Shown: positions 9,454 to 17,990 of the stretch, one piece after another | Position numbering within the stretch: position 1 is the first letter of the stretch | Layout of the letters: every line of letters starts with the position of its first letter | Source of the DNA: Candidatus Ozemobacteraceae bacterium | GTDB lineage: Bacteria > Muiribacteriota > Ozemobacteria > Ozemobacterales > Ozemobacteraceae | Reading direction: 5' to 3' | Assembly (NCBI GenBank): GCA_965140445.1 | Contig: OZ223236.1 | Span: 736,001-800,000 of the forward strand | DNA length: 64,000 bases | Made by a program: the position numbers and the translations under genes | The notes under the pieces: model-generated | Seen by the model: the letters and a program-made list of their open reading frames with translations, nothing else | What the model was told of the DNA's origin: nothing | Databases searched by the model: none

Positions 9454-10627
9454 AGAGTGCTACATAGATATTGATTACCAGCAGCGCTTCTGCGACGGGG
9501 AAAGAACTGGCGGTGACGTTTTTCTTTCGCGCAAGCTTAAGAATCAGCATCGTGTTATATCGGTTCTTTCTGATGGCCTTGGCAGTGGGGTTAAGGCCTC
9601 TGTTCTTGCTACCTTAACCTCCACAATGGGGCTAAACTACATTGCTAACTTCAAGGACATTGGCAAGTCTGCACAGATAATAATGGATACATTGCCGGTA
9701 TGCTCAGAGCGACGGATTAGCTACTCAACTTTTACCATGGTCGATGTTGATTTTGAGAACGAAACCCGGGTGGTCGAATATGATAATCCGCCGTGCTTGC
9801 TGATGCGTAACAACAAAAGATTTGAACTGGAAAAATCAGCCATTGAGGTCGGTAAAAATGGTGATCCTAAATCGGTAAATCTTGCTCAATTTAATGCCCA
9901 ATTGGGAGATCGTTTGATTTTTTACTCTGATGGGGTAAGTCAAAGCGGTATGGGGTCCCCTAGAATGCCTTTTGGCTGGGGAAATGACCAGATAAGCCTT
10001 TTCGTTGAGCAAAAATTACAGGCCGATCCTGAGATTTCTGCTTCAGATCTTGCTTCTTTGGTGGTTGAACAAGCTTATTTAAATAATACATACCATGCAT
10101 TAGATGACATTACCTGTGGTGTAATCTACTTCAGGCGCCCTAGAAGATTGCTTATCATGACTGGTGCGCCCTACGATAAAAATAAGGATAAGCTCTTAGC
10201 TGAGCTTGCCGGGAGCTTTCCGGGAAAAAGAATTATTTGTGGCGGCACAACTGCAAATATTATTTCACGTGAAACAGGCAAACCAACCTATGTAAATCTG
10301 AACAAAATTGACCCCGAGTTGCCACCCACTTCTACAATGGAAGGAGTGGACCTCATTACCGAAGGAATTCTAACTATCGGAAGGGTTGCAAAGTATCTTG
10401 AAGAGAAAAGGACCCTTGACAGGCTTCCTGATAACGCCGCAGGAAAGATCATGAAATTTCTGCTAAATAGCGATATCATTGAATTTAAGGTTGGGACTAG
10501 AGTGAATGAATTTCATCAGGACCCAAATATGCCAGTTGAGCTGGAAATCAGGCGCAATGTTATTAAAAAGATAGCTGCGCTTCTCGAAGAGCATTACCTT
10601 AAGGAAACCTGTATTAAATACATTTAG
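9443..10627 (+). CDS. SpoIIE/PP2C-family Ser/Thr phosphatase (HfsC-like), copy 1
   Basis: GGD, LSDGLGSG, YSDGV, DDIT motifs plus C-terminal ICGGTTA...GVDLITEG extension. Confidence 0.88.
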   Translation: MSHKECYIDIDYQQRFCDGERTGGDVFLSRKLKNQHRVISVLSDGLGSGVKASVLATLTSTMGLNYIANFKDIGKSAQIIMDTLPVCSERRISYSTFTMVDVDFENETRVVEYDNPPCLLMRNNKRFELEKSAIEVGKNGDPKSVNLAQFNAQLGDRLIFYSDGVSQSGMGSPRMPFGWGNDQISLFVEQKLQADPEISASDLASLVVEQAYLNNTYHALDDITCGVIYFRRPRRLLIMTGAPYDKNKDKLLAELAGSFPGKRIICGGTTANIISRETGKPTYVNLNKIDPELPPTSTMEGVDLITEGILTIGRVAKYLEEKRTLDRLPDNAAGKIMKFLLNSDIIEFKVGTRVNEFHQDPNMPVELEIRRNVIKKIAALLEEHYLKETCIKYI

Positions 10628-10642
10628 ATCTGGAGCAAAACA

Positions 10643-10891
10643 ATGGGCGAAAAAATTAAAGTTATGATCTGTTCTGGGACAACATGCTATGTGCTTGGTG
10701 GAGCTCAATTGATGATGCTTGAAGATATGTTGCCTCCCGATCTTAAGGATCGCGTAGAGATAGTGGGCTCCACATGCCTGGAAGCTTGCAAAGGGAAGGG
10801 CGCAAAGAAGCCTCCGTTTGTCAAAGTTAACGATGTTTTAATTGGTGAAGCATCGGTTCCAGGAGTAATTGAATATCTGCGCAAGCTTTAA
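10643..10891 (+). CDS. Small thioredoxin-like 2Fe-2S ferredoxin
   Basis: CSGTTC...CLEAC...PPFVKVN. Confidence 0.8.
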   Translation: MGEKIKVMICSGTTCYVLGGAQLMMLEDMLPPDLKDRVEIVGSTCLEACKGKGAKKPPFVKVNDVLIGEASVPGVIEYLRKL

Positions 10892-10918
10892 GCGCTCGAT
10901 TAATACAGGTGGTTCAAT

Positions 10919-12361
10919 ATGAAATACTTGAATAATGCAGCAATAATTAAAAGAGAATTGATGGTTCGGCTTGCGCGATTATTTTTTAATGATCAGCATA
11001 AGACCCACATTAATCAGATACCATTCCAGCAGATCCCAAAAGATTCAGCCGCAGTTAGATGCTGCATTCATCATGATAGAGCGGTTGTAAAAAATAGAAT
11101 CATGGCATTGCTCGGCTTTTCCATGGAAGAGCAGTCCGCTGAAGATGAATATCGCCAGCTTGATACTTACCTTGATGAAGCTATTGAGCGGGGTGATTCG
11201 CGTCTGGAAGGCAACGTTCTTACCGTGATAGATGAGGCTTGTAGTTCATGTGTTCGAGCTAATTACCGGGTTACCGACGCATGCAGGGGCTGTGTCGCTC
11301 GTCTTTGCATAATGAATTGCCCTAAAAAAGCTATTGATATAGTTGACGGCCGCGCGGTAATAAACGAAAAGCTTTGTGTCAGCTGTGGAATTTGCGAAAA
11401 AGCCTGTCCCTATCATTCCATAATTTACCAGCCAATTCCCTGCGAAGAATCTTGCCCGGTAGGAGCAATTTCTCAGGATGAGCGCGGGAAAGAAAAAATT
11501 GATGATGAAAAGTGCATTTATTGCGGAAAATGCATGATGGCTTGTCCATTTGGAGCCATAATGGAGCGCTCGGAGTTGTTCGATATTCTTCGATCTCTTA
11601 CTTCTGAGACCAAAACGGTTGCAATGGTTGCTCCCGCAATTATTGGGCAGTTCAATACTGATTTTGAAAAAATAGTTACTGCGTTAAAAAAACTTGGATT
11701 TGATGCGGTTGTTGAAGTCGCTTATGGAGCAGATTTAACCGCAGTTGCCGAAACTGAAGAGCTGCGAGAAAGATTTGATGCGGGAGCAGTAAGAATGACC
11801 TCTTCATGTTGTCCTGCGTATGTTTCGGCGGTAGAAAAGCATATGGAACCCCTTAAGGGAATTATTTCTCATACTCCAAGCCCCATGATTTTTACTGCAA
11901 AATGGGCAGATAAAGAGTTTCCAGGGGCTATGAAAGTTTTTATTGGCCCTTGTGTTGCTAAACGCATCGAGGCCAGGAAAGCAGACGAAGTCGATCACGT
12001 AATGACTTTTGAAGAACTCGGTTCTTTACTCGTTGCCAAAGACATAGATGTTCTGGAATGTGAGCCTTCCAAACCTGACCGCGAAGCTTCAAATGCTGGC
12101 AGGGGATTTGCTATTTCAGGTGGAGTGGCTGAAGCTATAAAAAATGCTTTGGCAGCTGATGGCAAAGAAATAAATGTGAAGTGTTTTGACGGAATAGATA
12201 AAAAGACGGTTCCAGTTCTTAAGATGGCTGAAAAAACCGTTCCTGAAAATAGCTTTATCGAGGTTATGACCTGCACCGGCGGATGCATGAACGGTCCTGG
12301 CGTAATTAGTAACCCTATAGTCGGCACTAGACTATTAAAAAAGGCCCTTGAAAAGAAATAG
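10919..12361 (+). CDS. Monomeric [FeFe]-hydrogenase, group B (B1/B3-like, HfsD-like)
   Basis: RCCIHHDRA N-terminus, multiple ferredoxin motifs, H-cluster motifs SSCCPAY, GPCVAKRIE, EVMTCTGGCMNGP. Confidence 0.85.
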   Translation: MKYLNNAAIIKRELMVRLARLFFNDQHKTHINQIPFQQIPKDSAAVRCCIHHDRAVVKNRIMALLGFSMEEQSAEDEYRQLDTYLDEAIERGDSRLEGNVLTVIDEACSSCVRANYRVTDACRGCVARLCIMNCPKKAIDIVDGRAVINEKLCVSCGICEKACPYHSIIYQPIPCEESCPVGAISQDERGKEKIDDEKCIYCGKCMMACPFGAIMERSELFDILRSLTSETKTVAMVAPAIIGQFNTDFEKIVTALKKLGFDAVVEVAYGADLTAVAETEELRERFDAGAVRMTSSCCPAYVSAVEKHMEPLKGIISHTPSPMIFTAKWADKEFPGAMKVFIGPCVAKRIEARKADEVDHVMTFEELGSLLVAKDIDVLECEPSKPDREASNAGRGFAISGGVAEAIKNALAADGKEINVKCFDGIDKKTVPVLKMAEKTVPENSFIEVMTCTGGCMNGPGVISNPIVGTRLLKKALEKK

Positions 12362-12370
12362 GAGCGGCAT

Positions 12371-14140
12371 ATGAACAGCGAAGAAAAAAAGCATCGACAA
12401 GTGGTTTTCACAAATAAGGCGGAGTGCCGTGATTGCTACAGATGTTTGCGCGTTTGCCCTGTTAAGGCCATCAAAATGAGTGGTGGTCAGGCCAGCGTCG
12501 AAGAAGATCGCTGTATTGCCTGTGGGACATGTATCAGGGAATGCCCTCAGGGAGCCAAAACTTTTCGCAATGATCTGGAAAGTGCCATCAAGCTTATCAG
12601 TGAAAACAAGATTGTTGCAGCTACCGTTGCCCCTTCTTTTGCAGCTTTCTTTAAAGAGTGGGAGGCAAAAAGGCTTCCATCTGCTTTGAGAAAATTAGGT
12701 TTTTCTTTTGTAGCTGAAACAGCAGTTGGAGCATACCCTGCGGCCATAGAAAGCTTGAAGAAAAGAAAAAAGAACACCAGCTCAATCTGCACAGCATGCC
12801 CTGCTGTGGTAGGTTTTGTGGAAAAATATATGCCGGATTTGACAGAGAATCTTGTTGAAGTCGCTTCTCCAATGATAACTCACGGTCGAATGCTAAAAAA
12901 GAAGCTTGGCTCAGAAGCTAAAGTTATTTTTATTGGGCCTTGTGTCGCAAAAAAAGCAGAGGCCGAAAAAAAAGGTTTAGAAGGGGTTATTGATTGCGTT
13001 TTAACCTTTTCAGAGTTGAACGAGTGGTTTGAACGGGAAAATGTTCAACTGGATCGCATTCTTGACAGCAATTTTGATGAAGAACCAGCTGGCGATGCCA
13101 GATTCTTTCCCCTTCCTGGTGGGCTTACCCGAACAGCTTCTTTGGGAGCAGACGCTCTGGCCGCCGATGTAGTCGCTGTTAGTGGAATAGATGATGTTAG
13201 AAAGCTTCTTGAAAACCTGAGAACCAATGATTCCAATTTGCTTGTAGAACCTTTATTTTGTTCTCAGGGCTGTGTTAATGGTCCCGCAGTGCCGGTTGAA
13301 AGAAATTTGTTCAACTGTAGAAGTCAGGTTTTAAAATACGCGGCGGATCATAAGGGCCGAAGCCCTGCTGATAATGATGCAGACGCTAATGCTGGCGCAA
13401 TTTATACAGCAGATTCAAAAGCAGATGAAAAATCATTTAGCGAACAGGAAATTCAAAAAGTTCTGGAAGCAACTGGTAAGTCCAATCCCGAAGATCAGTT
13501 GGATTGTGGGGCTTGCGGCTATCAAACCTGCCGGGAAAAGGCCATTGCAGTTCTAAGAGGTTTGGCTGAAACAGAAATGTGTATTCCTTATATGCGCAGA
13601 TTAGCTGAACAAAGAACAGACCGAATTATTGAAACAAGTCCCAATGGAATTGTTATTCTCGATGACAAGCTCAATATAATAAGTATGAATCCAGCATTCC
13701 GAAAAATGTTCTATTGCTCTGAGGCTGTTCTTGGAAAGCATGTGTCTTATCTTGTCGATCCGCAGCCGTTTGAAAAGATTCTTACTCAAGAGCAGAGAAT
13801 TGTAGAAGAGACTGTAACTCACAGCAAATATAATCTGATCGCACATCAGATTATTTATCCGCTTGAGGCCGAAAAACAGATTGTTGGAATCTTTGTAAAT
13901 ATAACCAATAGTAAGCAAAGCCAGGAAGAATTAGCCAATTTACGCTCTAAAACTATTAAACAAGCCAGAGAAATGCTTGAGCACCAGATCAGTATGGCCC
14001 AGCAAATTGCATTGTATCTGGGGGAAAGTACTGCCAGAGGTGAAGATTTAATCGAAAATCTTATGAAAATGGCTGCTGACGATAACGAAGAAGAAAGAAA
14101 AAAGAACAGGTCAAGATGGGATATATTCACGTCGAAGTAG
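12371..14140 (+). CDS. PAS-domain sensory [FeFe]-hydrogenase (group C, HydS/HfsB-like), copy 2
   Basis: CTACPAV, GPCVAKKAE, EPLFCSQGCVNGP; CGACGYQTC; PAS (SPNGIVILDDKLNIISMNPAF). Confidence 0.88.
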   Translation: MNSEEKKHRQVVFTNKAECRDCYRCLRVCPVKAIKMSGGQASVEEDRCIACGTCIRECPQGAKTFRNDLESAIKLISENKIVAATVAPSFAAFFKEWEAKRLPSALRKLGFSFVAETAVGAYPAAIESLKKRKKNTSSICTACPAVVGFVEKYMPDLTENLVEVASPMITHGRMLKKKLGSEAKVIFIGPCVAKKAEAEKKGLEGVIDCVLTFSELNEWFERENVQLDRILDSNFDEEPAGDARFFPLPGGLTRTASLGADALAADVVAVSGIDDVRKLLENLRTNDSNLLVEPLFCSQGCVNGPAVPVERNLFNCRSQVLKYAADHKGRSPADNDADANAGAIYTADSKADEKSFSEQEIQKVLEATGKSNPEDQLDCGACGYQTCREKAIAVLRGLAETEMCIPYMRRLAEQRTDRIIETSPNGIVILDDKLNIISMNPAFRKMFYCSEAVLGKHVSYLVDPQPFEKILTQEQRIVEETVTHSKYNLIAHQIIYPLEAEKQIVGIFVNITNSKQSQEELANLRSKTIKQAREMLEHQISMAQQIALYLGESTARGEDLIENLMKMAADDNEEERKKNRSRWDIFTSK

Positions 14141-15264
14141 ATTTTAAACAAACGCCAAAAAAAGTTGGCGGTGCCTGTGGTGACGCCTGGGAGACAATTA
14201 GAACTCCTGAGGCAACAACCGTATTGATTGCTGATGGTATAGGTTCCGGATTAAAAGCTAATATCTATGCCAAAATGACATTGGCACGCATTGTCAGCCT
14301 TATTGAACGAGGATTTTCTTTGCGTCGGGCATTTTCTTCGGTTGTTCAAACCATGCATGAGTCCCGGGGAAAAGATCTTCCCTATGCTGTGTTCTCAGTA
14401 ATCAGAATTTTGAAAAATGGTGAAGCAACTGTGCTTTCGTATGAGATGCCGGAAGCAATTTATGTCAGTAGACACAACGCCTCGGTTATAAAGCGCCGCA
14501 CCCTTACTATCGGAAAAGATGTGGTTAGTGAATCGAATTTATTTCTTGAACCAGGTGAAGGAATATTAATGTTTTCTGATGGTATTTCACAGGCTGGAAC
14601 GGGTATGGAATTTCGTTTTGGCTGGGAGAGTGAAGGTGTTTGCCGATTCGTTAACGAATGTATTAACGAACAGATGTCGTATTCAAAACTTTGCAATGCT
14701 GTTCATGATCAGGCCAGAAATTACTGGCAGGGAACCAGAGGCGATGATTGCACGGTTGTTTCAGCTTTCTGTAGAAAGGGTAAGGTTGTAAATATTTTTA
14801 CAGGCCCGCCTCTCGATAAGTCAGAAGACTCGAAAATAGCATCCAGATTTCTCGCTCAGGATGGAATGAAGATTGTTTGTGGAGCTTCAACAGCTGGCGT
14901 TGTGGCGAGAAAACTTGAAAAAGAACTCGAAATCGAATTGTCCAAAAATAGTATGATTGCGCCACCTGGCTATAAAATTGAAGGAATTGATCTGGTCACA
15001 GAAGGTGCCATCACCCTTAACCAGGTTTACAATATTTTTGACACCGACCCTACCAGATTTGAGCCTGATAGCCCGGTTAGCCAACTTTGTGATGCATTAT
15101 TGTTTGCCGACAAGGTAAGTTTTATTGTTGGACGAACCCAAAACCAGGGTCATGGCGGTATTGCATTTACTCAACGAGGAATTCTGCCCCGCCAGACTAT
15201 AGTCAAATTACTTGCCGAAAAGCTTAAAGAGGCAGGAAAATTGGTACAGATTGAATTTGTTTAG
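14116..15264 (+). CDS. SpoIIE/PP2C-family phosphatase (HfsC-like), copy 2
   Basis: CGD, IADGIGSG, FSDGI, DDCT, VCGASTA...GIDLVTEG; paralog of 9443..10627. Confidence 0.88.
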   Translation: MGYIHVEVDFKQTPKKVGGACGDAWETIRTPEATTVLIADGIGSGLKANIYAKMTLARIVSLIERGFSLRRAFSSVVQTMHESRGKDLPYAVFSVIRILKNGEATVLSYEMPEAIYVSRHNASVIKRRTLTIGKDVVSESNLFLEPGEGILMFSDGISQAGTGMEFRFGWESEGVCRFVNECINEQMSYSKLCNAVHDQARNYWQGTRGDDCTVVSAFCRKGKVVNIFTGPPLDKSEDSKIASRFLAQDGMKIVCGASTAGVVARKLEKELEIELSKNSMIAPPGYKIEGIDLVTEGAITLNQVYNIFDTDPTRFEPDSPVSQLCDALLFADKVSFIVGRTQNQGHGGIAFTQRGILPRQTIVKLLAEKLKEAGKLVQIEFV

Positions 15265-15384
15265 GTCTGTTTTATTATCATGTTTAATCTGGTAGTCACC
15301 TATTGGTGACTATTTTGCAGCATCTAACTATGTACCCTTTTTGTTTAATCCACGGTTCCTTTTACATTTTATGCCATGGAATTC

Positions 15385-15414
15385 TTGACTTGATTAACCA
15401 TTTAAAACCATAAT
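15385..15414 (+). promoter_or_regulatory. Sigma70-type promoter for asparaginase
   Basis: TTGACT-N18-CATAAT. Confidence 0.5.
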
Positions 15415-15444
15415 GCCCTTTAGATTAGTATCTGGAGAAGGTTT

Positions 15445-16509
15445 ATGAAATTAACGGGCAGATTTTTAGTGATTGCTGTATTTATGGCTATTTTTTGCTT
15501 CCCAATATTAGCCATTTCTGCGCCAAGAATTGTTATTCTTGCAACTGGTGGAACTATTGCAGGTGCTGGAGCTAGTAGCGACTCCTCCGCCTATACGGCT
15601 TCAAAAATGCCAGTTGATAAACTTTTGTTGGCTGTTCCTGAAATTCACAAAATAGCCAGGATTACTGGTGAGCAAATTTGCAATATTGGTAGCCAGGACA
15701 TGGAGCCAGCTTATTGGATGAAACTGGCGGCTAGAATCGATAAGCTGTTTCGATTAAGATTGGCTGACGGCGTGGTTATAACTCATGGAACCGACACAAT
15801 GGAAGAGACTGCCTATTTCTTGAATCTAATGGTGCGTTTTAATAAGCCAATAGTAATAACTGGTTCAATGAGAGCGTCGACTTCTCTAAGTCCTGATGGC
15901 CCGTTAAATCTTTTAAATGCAGTAGCCGTAGCCGCTAATCCAGAATCTGTTGGCAGAGGGGTTATGGTAGTAATGAATGACAGAATTTTTCCTGCTAGAG
16001 GACTTACTAAGGCCAATACAATTAATCCTCAGGCATTCGCTGTTCCTGATTCCGGTCCAATTGGAATTGTAAGTTATGGCAAAACAAATTTTTTAACCAG
16101 AGCCGAAAGGAAGCATACCTATAATTCTGATTTCAGATTGGATATGATAAAAGAGCCGCTTCCTGAGGTTGCTATTGTTTATGGATATGCAGGAATTTCT
16201 CCGGATATCGTAAAGTCTGTTGTTAATAGTGGAATCAAGGGGCTTGTTTATGCGGGAGTTGGCAATGGAAACCCTTCTGAAAAAGTGATGTCCGTTTTGG
16301 CTGAAGCCAGGAAAAAAGGTGTTTTTATTGTAAGAGCTTCAAGGGTGTATTCAGGACCAGTTACTCTTGATGCTGAGGTTGATGACAACAAATATGGTTT
16401 CATAGTGGCTGACAGGCTTAGTCCTCAGCAGTCCAGAATTTTGCTGATGCTTGCGATTGCTTCTGGTTTTGATCAAAGTCAAATTCAGAAAGCGTTTTTC
16501 AATTACTAA
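15445..16509 (+). CDS. ansB: L-asparaginase type II (secreted)
   Basis: Signal peptide, ATGGTIAG, HGTDTMEETAY, TGSMR, GVGNGN. Confidence 0.92.
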   Translation: MKLTGRFLVIAVFMAIFCFPILAISAPRIVILATGGTIAGAGASSDSSAYTASKMPVDKLLLAVPEIHKIARITGEQICNIGSQDMEPAYWMKLAARIDKLFRLRLADGVVITHGTDTMEETAYFLNLMVRFNKPIVITGSMRASTSLSPDGPLNLLNAVAVAANPESVGRGVMVVMNDRIFPARGLTKANTINPQAFAVPDSGPIGIVSYGKTNFLTRAERKHTYNSDFRLDMIKEPLPEVAIVYGYAGISPDIVKSVVNSGIKGLVYAGVGNGNPSEKVMSVLAEARKKGVFIVRASRVYSGPVTLDAEVDDNKYGFIVADRLSPQQSRILLMLAIASGFDQSQIQKAFFNY

Positions 16510-16525
16510 ATGGGAAAGTTACAGA

Positions 16526-17230
16526 ATGAGAAAAAACAAACTACAGAAATTTGCTGAAAACGAAACATTCGCCTGTATGGTGGCTATAGGTCAGAAAGAG
16601 TTTTATAACAAGGATTACGAGCTTAAAGGAAAATGGAACTCAGAATTTTTTAAAAACGGTAATCCATTAGTTCTGGAACTGGGTTGTGGAAGAGGTGAAT
16701 ACACTGTTGCTTTATCCAAAATGTTCCCAGAAAAGAATTTCATGGGAATGGATGTTAAAGGCCATCGAATGTATACCGGGGCAAAAATTGTTAATGAAGA
16801 AAAAATCCCAAATGCTGCATTTATAAGAACCAGAATTGGTATTATCAGATCAATATTTGATAAGGAAGTAAGTGAGATTTGGGTAACCTTTCCGGACCCA
16901 TTTCCCAAGAAAGAAAATCGCCGGTTAATTGCTCCTAAGTTTTTAAACATGTATAGAGAGATTCTTGTAGATGGTGGAATAGTTAATCTGAAAACTGATG
17001 ATCTTGCTCTTTATGAATATTGTAGAGAGCTTGTTAAGTTTAATAATTTGCCGGTGTTGGCTGACACATCTGACCTGTATGGGACTATGGAGCCTTGCAG
17101 GATTCTTGAGGTTAAGACCACTTATGAAAAGCGATTTCTTAAAGAGGGAAAAACCATCAAATACATTTCCTTTAAGGTTGATAGGCATATTGAAGGCCTG
17201 GATGATGAGGCTGAAGACAAAGAAGATTAA
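16526..17230 (+). CDS. trmB: tRNA (guanine-N7)-methyltransferase
   Basis: LELGCGRGEY, FPDPFPK, LKTDD, TTYEKRF; start moved to ATG 16526 to avoid overlap with ansB. Confidence 0.92.
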   Translation: MRKNKLQKFAENETFACMVAIGQKEFYNKDYELKGKWNSEFFKNGNPLVLELGCGRGEYTVALSKMFPEKNFMGMDVKGHRMYTGAKIVNEEKIPNAAFIRTRIGIIRSIFDKEVSEIWVTFPDPFPKKENRRLIAPKFLNMYREILVDGGIVNLKTDDLALYEYCRELVKFNNLPVLADTSDLYGTMEPCRILEVKTTYEKRFLKEGKTIKYISFKVDRHIEGLDDEAEDKED

Positions 17231-17339
17231 TATTTGAGATAGATACTATATATCGGATGAGTCCCGACATATCATAGTGTAGACTCTTAAATATCGTAGG
17301 TTTTATTGAAATGCTTGTTTTTATAGGGGTTTGACGGGT

Positions 17340-17355
17340 TGGCACGATTAATGCT
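17340..17355 (+). promoter_or_regulatory. Sigma54 (-24/-12) promoter 1
   Basis: TGGCACGATTAATGCT, GG-N10-GC, in a gene-free region. Confidence 0.75.
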
Positions 17356-17365
17356 CTATTAAATG

Positions 17366-17531
17366 CAACGTGCAAATAACTCTCAAATTCCTAAATAAAG
17401 GAGCAAGCCTATGGAATAGATGGAGGATGACTGGAAGAATCCGGTTTAGCTCCTCCAAGTTGTGAGTTTATAACGAAAATTCTCTCGACCAATAATGCCA
17501 GCCGCCCCTTAACAGGGGCGGCTTTCCTTTT
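17366..17531 (+). ncRNA. Candidate sigma54-dependent small RNA 1 (GGA-rich, about 165 nt; ends approximate)
   Basis: Lies between sigma54 promoter 1 and a strong terminator; nested stems; five GGA motifs in 17400-17435; no substantial ORF. Confidence 0.55.
17500..17531 (+). terminator. Intrinsic terminator of candidate sRNA 1
   Basis: AGCCGCCCCT-TAAC-AGGGGCGGCT followed by TTCCTTTT. Confidence 0.8.
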
Positions 17532-17649
17532 AGCTATTTTGCAACTTAAACCCAGAAAAAGACTATAAACCTTTTAAATAAAGGGGTTTACTCAAATTTG
17601 CCTTGCTGAAAGGTTCATAATGAAAAAAAAGTTAGACAGAGCTAATTGT

Positions 17650-17665
17650 TGGCATGCATTTTGCT
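17650..17665 (+). promoter_or_regulatory. Sigma54 (-24/-12) promoter 2
   Basis: TGGCATGCATTTTGCT, GG-N10-GC, followed by the same CTATTA as promoter 1. Confidence 0.8.
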
Positions 17666-17675
17666 CTATTATTAA

Positions 17676-17910
17676 TATACTTACTTACTGATCTAAATTA
17701 CTCATTACAACCTCTTAATGTAGAGCCATAAGGAGTTTCTAAATAGCGATAACTTTACCTTTTCTACTCATTCTACTCCCTCCAATAAGTCTGATTCCAT
17801 CTGGTGTTAAACCTCGTTAAGTTCAAAGTCTCTCTCCGAGTTCTTCCACGACCTTCACCAGATGGCGTAGATCTCTCGCTCACGGCCCCTATTTTTAGGG
17901 GCTGTTTTTT
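17676..17910 (+). ncRNA. Candidate sigma54-dependent small RNA 2 (CU-rich, about 235 nt; ends approximate)
   Basis: Lies between sigma54 promoter 2 and a terminator; perfect 10 bp stem CCATCTGGTG/CACCAGATGG; anti-SD-like CTCCCTCC and CTCTCTCC tracts. Confidence 0.55.
17882..17910 (+). terminator. Intrinsic terminator of candidate sRNA 2
   Basis: ACGGCCCCTA-TTTT-TAGGGGCTGT followed by TTTTT. Confidence 0.8.
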
Positions 17911-17953
17911 ATTCCATTGATCTGGTTTTTCGTGAAATGGATAAAGCGGGCAT

Positions 17954-17990
17954 AAAAAAAATCAGCCGCCCATTTCGGACGGCTGATTTT
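17954..17990 (-). terminator. Terminator of the P5C dehydrogenase gene (possibly bidirectional)
   Basis: AAAATCAGCCGCCC...GGACGGCTGATTTT with an A-run on the left. Confidence 0.8.

Noticed and set aside
2345..15084. Many 60-200 aa antisense or alternate-frame ORFs over the hydrogenase genes, and similar ones across the window
   Set aside because: Fully nested in well-supported genes with no recognisable motifs; expected shadows.
17331..17362. TTGACG as a sigma70 -35 for RNA 1
   Set aside because: No good -10 at 16-18 bp; the sigma54 match is better and is repeated in unit 2.
17172..17375. 67 aa minus-strand ORF in the sRNA gap
   Set aside because: Overlaps trmB and the sigma54 element, has no convincing RBS or motif, and does not explain the plus-strand terminators.
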